From: an uncultured Pseudanabaenaceae cyanobacterium
Lineage (GTDB): Bacteria; Cyanobacteriota; Cyanobacteriia; PCC-9006; JAAUQQ01
Assembly (NCBI GenBank): GCA_938017515.1
Contig: CALIJJ010000065.1
Coordinates: forward strand, 1,177 to 65,176
Direction of reading: 5' to 3'
Length of the DNA stretch: 64,000 nucleotides
Positions 18,568-27,671 of this stretch are shown piece by piece. Numbering within the stretch: the stretch's first letter is position 1; each line of letters opens with the position of its first letter. The notes under the pieces are model-generated. The model worked only from the letters and a program-made list of their open reading frames with translations. It was not told where the DNA came from and searched no databases. The translations under genes were made by a program, and so were the position numbers.

Positions 18568-20832
18568 ATGACAGACGCGGCATTTTTGGGTGATCCGAGC
18601 GATTTTTTTGCATCATCAGAGTTTACTTACTCCCCTAGCTCCCTCTCCGGCGCAATTTCGCTCCCTGAGGGATTATCTCAGTCATCGTTGCCACCATCGC
18701 AGACTGAGATAAACTTCGATATTCTTCCGGCTCTAGAAAGCGGGTCTGCCCTGAACTATGAACCGCTACACAATGAACCACTACACAATGAGCCGCTAAA
18801 ACAAGCATGGCTGAAGTCGGAGCAGCAACTCAAGGCATGGTATACCAGCGATCATTACAGCGATGATCTAGCAACTATCTTTGGCCTCAACAGCTCAGAT
18901 GGCATCGAAATTGATGCTGAATCAACTGATAATCAGTTGATTCAGCAATCAACCATGATTCAAAATCCGCCCCTCCTGAGTCTGCTACCAATAGCGCAAT
19001 TGCAAGCCAATGGAGCCTTTGCGGCGGCGAATAATACGATCTATCTTGCCGAAGAATTTATTGCCCAAAATAGCGCGAAGCCTGAGGCGATCGTCGCTGT
19101 CCTACTGGAAGAACTCGGGCACTTTATTGACGCCCAGTTTAACGAGCGATTCCACACCCCAGACGCTCCCGGTGACGAAGGCGCAATTTTTTCGGCTCGG
19201 GTGCGCAACCAACCCTTGGTTGGCGCAGCTCTGGCCGCGGCCCAGCAGGAAGACGACAGCGCGATCCTTCGCGTTAATGGCCAAACCCTGACGGTGGAAC
19301 AATCCGGTCTCGGGGAGTTCATCGTCGGCAACGATGGTCAGGTTCAAGTCGATCTGGTCTTTGATGGTGGAGCCTATGAGGGGCAGCTTGGCATGTTCAG
19401 CCTTAGCGGCATGGAAGCCCTGGTCCCTGGCTCCGTGGCTTACATTCGCGAAGCCACTCGTCGTGCCCTGAGCAATTCTGTTGAGGGCTATGTGGTGGCT
19501 TCGGATGGAGAAGGGGCAAGGTTTTCCGGCAGTCTCCCCGATGAAATTACCCCGGGCTTGGCTCCGGCCCCTCGCAGCTTTTCGCTGATACCGGGCGATC
19601 GCATTGCCTTTTTCCTGGTCCCCAATGGCAGCGTCAATGCAGTGTTCGCGAATCCTGACGTCGAGGGTGATCTGCGACCCCTATTTTCAGTGGAGGCAGC
19701 GAATCCCGAGGGATTAGAGCAATTTGCCCAACTCTCAGCGGGCGTCTTTGCCATTGAGGATTTACGGCGCGATCGCTCCCCAGACAATGATTTCGAAGAT
19801 TTTGTCATTGCTGTGGACGGAGCCAGTGGTAGCCAACGGGCGATCGCAGATTTGATCGCCCCTGGAGAAAGCTGGCTCGACTCCCCCGCCGCCGCTCTAC
19901 TCACCGGCCTTCTCTTCCCGGAGACACCGGCTCAGCCCGAGCAACCCATTCAATCCGAACAGCCCGTTCAATCCGAACAGCCCGTTCAATCCGAACAGCC
20001 GATTCAGGCCGAACAGCCCGAGGAACCAATTCGACCGGAGCCACTGGAGCGCCCTGAACCAGAACCATCCGAGCAACCCATTCCTTCCGAACAGCCCCTT
20101 CCCGCAGAAGCACTGATTACGTCCGAGCCACTCCCCACAAACGCTGCTTTTGGCGACATCGAAAGTAGTCGCGTCGTTAAATTCTATTCCGACTTCAGCG
20201 AAGCAGAAATCGCCGCGCTCAATGGTCCCCGCCTGAGACTGGGTAGCCAAACGATTTATACCGGCACCCAGCAAGTCACCGCCATCAACCAGAACCCCAT
20301 CGTTCGCTCCTTCGACAGCGCTAATCCCGCCAATAACTGGACCCGAACCGATTACGAAGTCACGGGCAGCGACGGACGAGCCCAAGGTCTCTTTTGGAGT
20401 GGCCGCGATCTCTATGGTGTCTTCACCGTAGACGGCACCCAAGGCGACCCTAGCCAGGATTTCCGCCGAGCAGCCGGAGATGCCCAACAGTCTTGGCTAC
20501 GCAGCTATGGCCAAGGCGGCGGCGGCAAAATCGCGGTGGTGGGTCGCCTTGATCCAGCCACCGGAGAGCTGCTCGATGCCGCTCACCTTTCAGCGGTTCT
20601 AACGAGCGGCAACAGCAATTCCTTCACCGTGGATGACATTCTGCTCAACAGCAGTGGCAACTTAGTCATTCGAGCCACGATTGCATTTGCCCCCCGCAAT
20701 CCCGATGGCTCTCGCATGTATCAGGTCACCCCTGGATCCTCGCCCTTTGATTACACCCTGGAAATCACACCGGACTTGAAACAAGTAGTCAGCACAAATG
20801 CCCCAGGCTGGATACCGGAGGAAGTGGATTAG
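18568..20832 (+). CDS. Multi-domain DUF4114-like, probably extracellular protein
   Basis: TIYL...LLEELGH...DAPGDEG domain; DGGAYEGQLG...FAIEDL...DNDFED block; Pro/Glu linker; uncharacterised C-terminal domain. Confidence 0.75.
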   Translation: MTDAAFLGDPSDFFASSEFTYSPSSLSGAISLPEGLSQSSLPPSQTEINFDILPALESGSALNYEPLHNEPLHNEPLKQAWLKSEQQLKAWYTSDHYSDDLATIFGLNSSDGIEIDAESTDNQLIQQSTMIQNPPLLSLLPIAQLQANGAFAAANNTIYLAEEFIAQNSAKPEAIVAVLLEELGHFIDAQFNERFHTPDAPGDEGAIFSARVRNQPLVGAALAAAQQEDDSAILRVNGQTLTVEQSGLGEFIVGNDGQVQVDLVFDGGAYEGQLGMFSLSGMEALVPGSVAYIREATRRALSNSVEGYVVASDGEGARFSGSLPDEITPGLAPAPRSFSLIPGDRIAFFLVPNGSVNAVFANPDVEGDLRPLFSVEAANPEGLEQFAQLSAGVFAIEDLRRDRSPDNDFEDFVIAVDGASGSQRAIADLIAPGESWLDSPAAALLTGLLFPETPAQPEQPIQSEQPVQSEQPVQSEQPIQAEQPEEPIRPEPLERPEPEPSEQPIPSEQPLPAEALITSEPLPTNAAFGDIESSRVVKFYSDFSEAEIAALNGPRLRLGSQTIYTGTQQVTAINQNPIVRSFDSANPANNWTRTDYEVTGSDGRAQGLFWSGRDLYGVFTVDGTQGDPSQDFRRAAGDAQQSWLRSYGQGGGGKIAVVGRLDPATGELLDAAHLSAVLTSGNSNSFTVDDILLNSSGNLVIRATIAFAPRNPDGSRMYQVTPGSSPFDYTLEITPDLKQVVSTNAPGWIPEEVD
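18758..18802. repeat. 3 x 15-bp in-frame repeat (EPLHN)
   Basis: ATGAACCGCTACACA-like units. Confidence 0.85.
19936..20025. repeat. 5 x 18-bp in-frame repeat (SEQPVQ)
   Basis: TCCGAACAGCCCGTTCAA-like units. Confidence 0.9.
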
Positions 20833-20892
20833 ACCCCGTCCATAAGCAATGGGGCGAGCAATGGGCTAGGGAATAGAAATGGAAGAAAACCA

Positions 20893-20922
20893 ATCTGTCA
20901 TTCGGCGATCTGTCATTCGGCG
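20893..20922. repeat. 2 x 15-bp perfect duplication
   Basis: ATCTGTCATTCGGCG twice. Confidence 0.92.
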
Positions 20923-21030
20923 ACATCATGGTCCGTCCGACGAATGCAAGACCGAGGCCGATAGCCGGACGAGATGTCAGGATGACTGTGTTGCTGCTCC
21001 CTTGGCTCCTGTTCTCTTGGTTGCAGAGCC

Positions 21031-22881
21031 CTAAAGATCTAAGACAATATCTCCCTTGGGCTGAGCAATACAGGTCAGAATATAGCCTTCCTTTTGCTCA
21101 TCCTCGGTAAGAGCAGCAGGGTCATCGCTGTAGGTGACTTCACCCTTGAGCAAACGATGCTTACAGGTACCGCAGGTGCCCGCCTTACAGCTACTTTCAA
21201 TTTCCAAACCTGCAGCTTCAGCGATCGCCAACACCGTCTGGGAGCTATCGGCCTTCACCGTCTTCTCAAACGTGACCGTTGCCGCCTCGCCCTTCACCTC
21301 CGGTGCTGCATCAGCAACAGCAGGGGCCTCTTCTTCAATCACCACGCCAGGCTTAAGCGTTGCGCCAAATTCATCCATCAACAGCTTGCGCAGGAAGGGC
21401 TTGAGATCCTCACAGGCCACCCCCTTGGTCACCTTCTCGCCTAGGTGAGCATCCTTGCCAACCCGACCTCCCATGAAGACATCCACCGCCTCCACGGACT
21501 TGCCGTTTTTGCGCGTCTTGGTCCCCATGAAACCAATGTCTGCCACCTGGGGCTGACCACAGGAGTTGGGGCAGCCCGTCCAGTGTACGCGCACGGATTT
21601 GGGGAAATCGAGTTCCGCTTCGACTTCCTTGGCTAGGGCGATCGCCCGTTGCTTTGTTTCAATAATGGCAAACTTACAGAACTGCGCCCCTGTACAAGAC
21701 ACCACCGAGCGAACCAGTGGACCTGGCTCAATGGAGAATGTTTGCAATAGAGGTTCTTGTAGAAGTGCTTCCAAGCGGGAATCAGGCACCCCCACCAAAA
21801 TAATATTTTGCTCTACGGTCAAACGAATATCGCCATTGCCATAGACCTCGGCCAGCCGAGCCGCCTCGAACATGTCATCAGCACCTAAGCGACCCACAGG
21901 CACCAACATTCCGACGTAGTTTAGGCCCGCCTGCTTTTGCTTGTGAATACCAATATGGTCTCGCTTATCCCAGTCCATCTCGTCTTTTTCTGCGGCAGGC
22001 AATAGCGTCCGGCCCAGCTTTTCTTCCAAACTAGCTCGGAATTTTTCCATCCCCCACTCATCAATCAGCCACCAGAGACGGGATTTCTGACGCTTGGCAC
22101 GGGAACCATTGTCACGAAAGACCTCTAGGATGGCACGACTGAGCTCAACCACCTCAGCATTGGGAGGAACCCAAGCATTCAGGGGAATGGCAGGCTCGCA
22201 GCGACTGGCAGAGAAAAAGCCCCCAACCACTACATTGAAACCAAACGTGCCGTCCCGGTAGGCAGGCACAAAGGCAATGTCATTGATTTCCGCATGGATG
22301 GAGTTGTCACGCCCTCCTTCAATCGCAATGTTGAACTTACGGGGTAGATTCGTGAACTCAGCATTCCCCTCCCCCGCATTAGTGATCATGTCTTGGACGT
22401 CCCGAACAAGCTGACGGGTGTCGAACATCTCATCCGCGTCCAGTCCAGCAACGGGGGAGCCCGTAATGTTGCGAACGTTATCCATGCCGGACTGCATGCT
22501 TGTCAGCCCAGCCTGAGCCAGACGCTGGAAAATGTCAGGGATATCCTCGATGAGGATGCCACGAAGCTGCAAGTTTTGGCGCGTTGTAATGTCAGCGCTG
22601 CCATCATCGCCATAGCGCTGGACAATATCTGCTAATGTCCGCATTTGCTGCGCACTTAGGTCACCATTGGGCATGCGCAGACGCAGCATGAACTTGCCCG
22701 GCGTCTGGGGACGAAAGAAAATACCAAGCCACTTCAGGCGATTGCGATCGTCCGCATCAATTTCCTCCCAACCGATCTTGGCGAAATGCTCAAGCTCATG
22801 CTTGACCTCCAAGCCGTCCTTGTCGGCCTTGTACTGCTCAAACTTGTTGAGCTTCGCTGGCTTGCTCGCAATACTTTGCAC
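21031..22881 (-). CDS. nirA: Ferredoxin-nitrite reductase with fused C-terminal 2Fe-2S ferredoxin domain
   Basis: LNKFEQYK, DITTRQN, LPRKFNI, CTGAQFC and WTGCPNSCG siroheme/4Fe-4S ligands; C-terminal CKAGTCGTC...LTC; GTG start at 22881, downstream of the NtcA promoter. Confidence 0.95.
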   Translation of the reverse strand: MQSIASKPAKLNKFEQYKADKDGLEVKHELEHFAKIGWEEIDADDRNRLKWLGIFFRPQTPGKFMLRLRMPNGDLSAQQMRTLADIVQRYGDDGSADITTRQNLQLRGILIEDIPDIFQRLAQAGLTSMQSGMDNVRNITGSPVAGLDADEMFDTRQLVRDVQDMITNAGEGNAEFTNLPRKFNIAIEGGRDNSIHAEINDIAFVPAYRDGTFGFNVVVGGFFSASRCEPAIPLNAWVPPNAEVVELSRAILEVFRDNGSRAKRQKSRLWWLIDEWGMEKFRASLEEKLGRTLLPAAEKDEMDWDKRDHIGIHKQKQAGLNYVGMLVPVGRLGADDMFEAARLAEVYGNGDIRLTVEQNIILVGVPDSRLEALLQEPLLQTFSIEPGPLVRSVVSCTGAQFCKFAIIETKQRAIALAKEVEAELDFPKSVRVHWTGCPNSCGQPQVADIGFMGTKTRKNGKSVEAVDVFMGGRVGKDAHLGEKVTKGVACEDLKPFLRKLLMDEFGATLKPGVVIEEEAPAVADAAPEVKGEAATVTFEKTVKADSSQTVLAIAEAAGLEIESSCKAGTCGTCKHRLLKGEVTYSDDPAALTEDEQKEGYILTCIAQPKGDIVLDL

Positions 22882-22915
22882 GGTTTTACCCCCAGGGGAA
22901 ATTGATGCTTCTAGC

Positions 22916-22957
22916 AGACTAAAAATATGATCGGAGACAGAAGGTAGCACGCGTTAC
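22916..22957 (-). promoter_or_regulatory. Canonical NtcA-activated promoter of nirA
   Basis: Minus strand GTA-ACGCGTGC-TAC (22957-22944), 22-nt spacer, then TAGTCT -10 box (22921-22916). Confidence 0.9.
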
Positions 22958-22994
22958 AAAAAGTTAGCTCACTCTAGAAAATTGCATACAAACA

Positions 22995-23009
22995 ATGCAT
23001 TTAAAGCAT
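22995..23009. promoter_or_regulatory. NtcB (LysR) binding site
   Basis: ATGC-ATTTAAA-GCAT (ATN11AT), centred about 92-93 nt upstream of the predicted nirA start site. Confidence 0.72.
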
Positions 23010-23085
23010 GTATTGACGGGGTTGCTGTGTAAAACTGAAATCCAGTCACCCCTAATCCCAGGGCACTAGATTTTGTGCCACAGTC

Positions 23086-23119
23086 CTCTCAATTGTGTTG
23101 AGCTCTCAATTGCGTTGAG
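23086..23119. repeat. 2 x 17-bp duplication upstream of nirB
   Basis: CTCTCAATTGTGTTGAG / CTCTCAATTGCGTTGAG. Confidence 0.9.
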
Positions 23120-23157
23120 ACAGTGACCGGACTCTCCTCTCCCAGGTAATTGCTCCT

Positions 23158-24669
23158 ATGGCCCTTCTGCAATCTGCTGACTCTCCTGAGGCATCTCATG
23201 CCCTACAACGCTTGATTGAAGGGGATTTTGAAACGCGTTGGGATGCAGCGAAGCAGATTGTTCGCCTAGGGCCCTCAGTCTTACCCACGCTGCTGGCGCT
23301 ACTTTCAGACGAAATAGACGAAGCCGGTCCGGTTGACCCACTAGCCCCTGAGACAAAGACCCAGGCCCTAAACGAGAGTCCTAGCCGGTACGCCTCCCAT
23401 GAAGATTCTGGCGAAGAAGGGGCTGGCGAAGAAGAAGCTGGCGAAGAAGAGGCTGATGAATACGATATCGAACTGCGCTGGTTCATTGCGCGCATCTTGG
23501 GTGAGCTAGAGCATCCAGTCGCAGTCGATGCGCTGCTGAATTTGGTCAAAGCATCCCCCCACCCAGAGGTGGCGGCGATCGCCGCCACCTCCCTAGCCAA
23601 AGCCGGAGACCTCGCCCTTCCTGCCCTCACAGAGTTGCTAAAACAACCTGAGCATCGAATTCTAGCGGTCCAGGCTTTATCTCAGTTGGGGCACTCCACT
23701 GCCATTCCCGCATTACTCTCAGTGGTCAATGATGCGGAGGATTCGGTGCGTGCCGTCGCCATAGAGGCCCTGACGGCCTTTCGCGATCGCCGTGTCACCC
23801 CCATCTTGGCCCAGGCCCTTGGCGATACCTCGTCAGCGGTGCGGCTAGCGGCACTGCGCGGTATCGGCAGTCGCGGCCATCAACTGCCCGAGATTGATGC
23901 CCTGGTCTCCCGTATCGGAGAACTATTGGGAGATTTAAATCTGGATGTGAGCTGCCAGGCGGCGATCGCCCTGGGTCGGCTCAACAATCCAGTCGCCCTG
24001 TCTCATTTAGACAAGGCCCTCTATCACCCACTCATGCCCCTGGCTCTAAAAACTCAGGCCATCCGTGCTCTGGCCTGGAGTGAGAATGAGCAAGCATTAC
24101 ACCTGTTGAAATCGTATCTTCTCCAACTCATTCCCCCTCTCCCCCAGGAGACGTCCGTAACGCACTCATCCGACTCCATCGGTGAAACAGCCATCGAAGC
24201 CGCTCCCCCAATCACCATCGCCCCAGGCCCCCTCAATGCCCGAAAGAAGCCTCACCTCTCCCACAGCGATAGCTTGAGCCTAGAGATCGTTCGAGTTCTT
24301 GGGCGCATGGACAACGGCCCCCTGGCCGATCAAGCCACTGAGCTACTGCTAAAAGTGCTAGACCAATGTCAAGCAGCCCCGGGTCAAGCAGCCCCGAGTC
24401 AAACAGCTCCAGCGGGAAACAACGCCAACACCGTAGAACTGAAAGCATCAATTGCCCTAAGCCTGGGGCAACTGGGCCATCAACAAGCCTTTAAGCCCCT
24501 GCTCGCCCTGCTGAGCCATCCCTCGCCCCATCTAAGATTTCACATCCTAGCGGCGCTGAAGCGTCTCAATCCTGAGGGTGGCCGTCAGCAATTAATTACA
24601 GCTCAGCAGCATGAAACGTCCGAAGCCCTGGCCCAGGGCCTTACCTTTGCCCTGAGCGAGTGGGACTAG
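23158..24669 (+). CDS. nirB: HEAT-repeat protein, NirB-like nitrite reductase accessory factor
   Basis: GDFETRWDAAK, ELRWFIARILG, multiple PBS-lyase HEAT repeats; divergent from nirA and near ntcB/cnaT as in Anabaena. Confidence 0.75.
   Translation: MALLQSADSPEASHALQRLIEGDFETRWDAAKQIVRLGPSVLPTLLALLSDEIDEAGPVDPLAPETKTQALNESPSRYASHEDSGEEGAGEEEAGEEEADEYDIELRWFIARILGELEHPVAVDALLNLVKASPHPEVAAIAATSLAKAGDLALPALTELLKQPEHRILAVQALSQLGHSTAIPALLSVVNDAEDSVRAVAIEALTAFRDRRVTPILAQALGDTSSAVRLAALRGIGSRGHQLPEIDALVSRIGELLGDLNLDVSCQAAIALGRLNNPVALSHLDKALYHPLMPLALKTQAIRALAWSENEQALHLLKSYLLQLIPPLPQETSVTHSSDSIGETAIEAAPPITIAPGPLNARKKPHLSHSDSLSLEIVRVLGRMDNGPLADQATELLLKVLDQCQAAPGQAAPSQTAPAGNNANTVELKASIALSLGQLGHQQAFKPLLALLSHPSPHLRFHILAALKRLNPEGGRQQLITAQQHETSEALAQGLTFALSEWD
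23408..23452. repeat. 3 x 15-bp in-frame repeat (GEEEA)
   Basis: CTGGCGAAGAAGRRG units. Confidence 0.88.
24370..24414. repeat. 3 x 15-bp in-frame repeat (QAAPG/QAAPS/QTAPA)
   Basis: CAAGCAGCCCCGRGT-like units. Confidence 0.85.
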
Positions 24670-24710
24670 GGCCCTGGTCGTTCTCCTCAGGCAATCTCTG
24701 GACAATCCAA

Positions 24711-24742
24711 TATCTATACAGGCAGGTATCTATACAGGCAGG
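24711..24742. repeat. 2 x 16-bp perfect duplication
   Basis: TATCTATACAGGCAGG twice. Confidence 0.92.
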
Positions 24743-24819
24743 TTTAGCGGAGGAGCTAACTACAGCACCCTATTCAGGCCACCCCTGCCGTGTAGGGAAT
24801 GCTTCTTTCCAGAAATCCC

Positions 24820-26073
24820 CTAAGCCTTTGATTCAGCCGCCATCTGGAGTTCAACATAGCGCTGGACTGCTTGCAAAATCTTCTCCGAGTCCACCGGTTT
24901 CGTCATAAAGTCCGTTGCCCCCACAGCCTTGGCACGCACTCGATCGACGACACCATCATTGCCCGTCAAAATGACAATGGGGGTCTTGCGAAAGGCAGCA
25001 ACACGGCGAATCTGGCTGCAAATTTCGTAGCCATTGGCCACCGGCATCACCAGGTCTAAAAAGATCACACTGGGCTTTTGCTTAATGAGAGCAGGTAGGG
25101 CTTGGATTGAATCCTGGACACTCATGCAGCGATACCCCGCTGAGCGCAGCGTTTCTTCCATGATGTAGCAAATCTGAGGGCTGTCATCAATGCAAAAGAC
25201 CAGCGGTAGATTGGCCGCAGCCTTGGAAGGGGCTTTGTTGGACGGACCTGCATAGGGGCTGTCTAAGTCCGGCAGCGTCTTTAGAACAACCAGCTCGCGT
25301 CGCAGATAATTCACCAGGCTGCGTCCAAGAGTGGGCAATTCGTGGCGCATAATCACCGACAAATCTCGAAAGGATAGCCGTCCCTTCAGCAAACTACATA
25401 GTGTCCGATAGGTTTTAGGGGAGGTCACCGCTTCAAGGGCCTGGGGATCCCGAACCCGAGGGGCTGAGTTTGGCGAGATCGCGCCAAGACCCAATTGCTT
25501 CCAAGCATCCAGAGACTGATGGGCTCGGCCCAACAGCTCCGCGTTGCTCAAAATCGCGATGGGTTCCCCTACATGGGCCTGGCGTTCCTTGGTCACCCAT
25601 AGTTTTCGTACCTGGGGTGCTGCCTGGAGCAGGTCAAAGAGAACCTCAAGCAACGTACTTTCAACCAGCTCTGCAGCCCCCTCCCGACTAATTTGCTGGC
25701 GCTTGATTAACACCGAGAGGGCGAGATACTCCCAGTGGTCAAAAATTTCTTTCTCACGCAACTGAACTGTGCTGGGTGCGGTGTTGGGGCAGAATCGGCG
25801 CAGCGATCGCTGCCACCGTCGAAAACGATGCTCTCCCCCCGTCGCCCACACGAGACGACCCACACGAAAATCAAGACTCCACTGCGTTCCGTCCTCCAGG
25901 GCGACGAAAAGCCGACCATTGAGCTGAGTTTGAATATGGCGCTGTAAATCTTGGTTCAGAACGAGAGGGTCGCAGCCCTGGGGAAACACCTGCTGAAAAA
26001 CAGGGTCGGAGCCAGCGGTGTCGAGAATGCTGTGCTCGGGAGCCGTATGCCGAGTATCTGCGGAACCATTCAT
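24820..26073 (-). CDS. PatA-family response regulator (PATAN/DUF4388 + receiver)
   Basis: GRLVWATGGEHRFRRWQR N-terminal domain; receiver motifs CIDDS, FLDLVMP, ILTG, TKP. Confidence 0.88.
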   Translation of the reverse strand: MNGSADTRHTAPEHSILDTAGSDPVFQQVFPQGCDPLVLNQDLQRHIQTQLNGRLFVALEDGTQWSLDFRVGRLVWATGGEHRFRRWQRSLRRFCPNTAPSTVQLREKEIFDHWEYLALSVLIKRQQISREGAAELVESTLLEVLFDLLQAAPQVRKLWVTKERQAHVGEPIAILSNAELLGRAHQSLDAWKQLGLGAISPNSAPRVRDPQALEAVTSPKTYRTLCSLLKGRLSFRDLSVIMRHELPTLGRSLVNYLRRELVVLKTLPDLDSPYAGPSNKAPSKAAANLPLVFCIDDSPQICYIMEETLRSAGYRCMSVQDSIQALPALIKQKPSVIFLDLVMPVANGYEICSQIRRVAAFRKTPIVILTGNDGVVDRVRAKAVGATDFMTKPVDSEKILQAVQRYVELQMAAESKA

Positions 26074-26563
26074 GTTGATGACACAGTCTGATGTTAGGCA
26101 GATGCATCCTTGGCCTAACTCACTGTGCAAAACGTCGAGTGGGAATCAGCTAAATCCTTTCCAATAAAGAATTCAATTAACTCAGACGACTCGCTGTCAT
26201 CAGAATGCCCATTGCGGGGAATGAGTAACAAAATGTTGTGCATTGAGAACAATCTTTTCTTTTCTTTGTTCGTACATTTTTATAAAACGATTTTTATGGG
26301 TCTTAAGTTTGTGAGAATTGCTCGATCACGATGCTGAATTAATCGTTTCTCAAGGAGTGATATCTCGTTTGCTTCCTTTACAATTCATTTTTTCTGTCCT
26401 GATTCGAGAAGGGTCCAAATTATCGCCAAATTCCCGAGTAAACGTGCAACTGGTCGCGATTCCTACAGAATAGATGTCACAATTTCTGTTAGGAAGGATT
26501 AGGTTCCAATCACCATCAAGTTCTGTATAGGGCTGGAACCGCCCTCTATCGATCGGGTTGTGT

Positions 26564-27505
26564 ATGCGTTTAGAGCAGATTCAAGCATTTTTGGCCATCG
26601 CTGAAACTGGTAGCTTCCAAAAAGCTGCCCGCCAGTGCGGCGTTACTCAGTCCACCATCAGTCGCCAAATCCAATCCCTTGAATCCGTTGCCGGATTACC
26701 CCTTTTCCATCGAGGAGCCCAAGCCAAGCTGACTGTTGCGGGGGATCACCTCATGCCCCGAGCACGAAAAATTTGGAATGAATGGCAGCAAGCAACGACG
26801 GAGCTGGATAAGCTCCGCATGGGTGAACAACAGGATCTCTGTGTGGCAGCGATCGCCTCTCTCTGCGCCAATTACCTGCCGCCCGTTCTAGAGGAATTTC
26901 GTCAGGACTATCCCCACACTCAACTCCGTGTCACATCCTTGGGCAGCGATCGCGCCCTCAAAGTACTGCGTGACGGTCTGGTGGATGTGGCCATCGTCAT
27001 GAACAACCCCTTCCTGCTCAAAACCGCAGAATTATCGGTCAAACCCCTCTACGAAGAATCGATTCAGGTCCTCATGTCCGCGAAGCATCCCCTTGCTTTG
27101 CTACGGGAAGTTCCTTGGGTCGAAATCGCCAAATTCCCCCAGGTCGTCTTCAAGGATGGCTATGGTATGCAGCGCCTCGTTCAGGATCAATTTCAACGTC
27201 AGGAATTGAATTTGCAAGTTGCCGTTGAACTCAACACCCTGGATGCATTTCGCGGTGTGGTGCGCCAGGGTCGCTCCCTTGCCCTACTTCCCCAAACGGC
27301 GCTGATTGACGCCGAGGATGATCCAAGCCTGGTCGTCCGTTCCATTGCCAAACCGAAAATCAGTCGTCAGGTGGTTTTAGTGACAACCCACGATCGCTTA
27401 CAAATCCCTCCGATTCAGCGGTTTTGTGAGATTACCCAGAATAATTTGACCCAGAGTCACCTGATTTCCCCGAACCAGACATTCCCCTCTGCGGTTTCTC
27501 AATAG
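26564..27505 (+). CDS. ntcB: LysR-type nitrate assimilation activator NtcB
   Basis: MRLEQIQAFLAIAETGSFQKAA...TQSTISRQIQ, SLGSDRALKVL, FKDGYGMQR; nirA/cnaT context. Confidence 0.88.
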   Translation: MRLEQIQAFLAIAETGSFQKAARQCGVTQSTISRQIQSLESVAGLPLFHRGAQAKLTVAGDHLMPRARKIWNEWQQATTELDKLRMGEQQDLCVAAIASLCANYLPPVLEEFRQDYPHTQLRVTSLGSDRALKVLRDGLVDVAIVMNNPFLLKTAELSVKPLYEESIQVLMSAKHPLALLREVPWVEIAKFPQVVFKDGYGMQRLVQDQFQRQELNLQVAVELNTLDAFRGVVRQGRSLALLPQTALIDAEDDPSLVVRSIAKPKISRQVVLVTTHDRLQIPPIQRFCEITQNNLTQSHLISPNQTFPSAVSQ

Positions 27506-27671
27506 GCAGCTTGTAGCATCAACACTTGAGCCAGATCAGTTTCGTTATTTTCCTCGCATTTTTCAACATTAGGCTCTCCCCCTCACACACCCAAGTCTCT
27601 CTTGCTCTAAAATGTCCTGTTTGCGGTGCTAAATCACGCACCAGCTCTATCCTGTTCGAGGTCGTGCCGCC

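Noticed and set aside
26453-26466. NtcA site upstream of ntcB (GTC-N8-TAC)
   Set aside because: One half-site is mismatched and there is no TAN3T at the canonical spacing.
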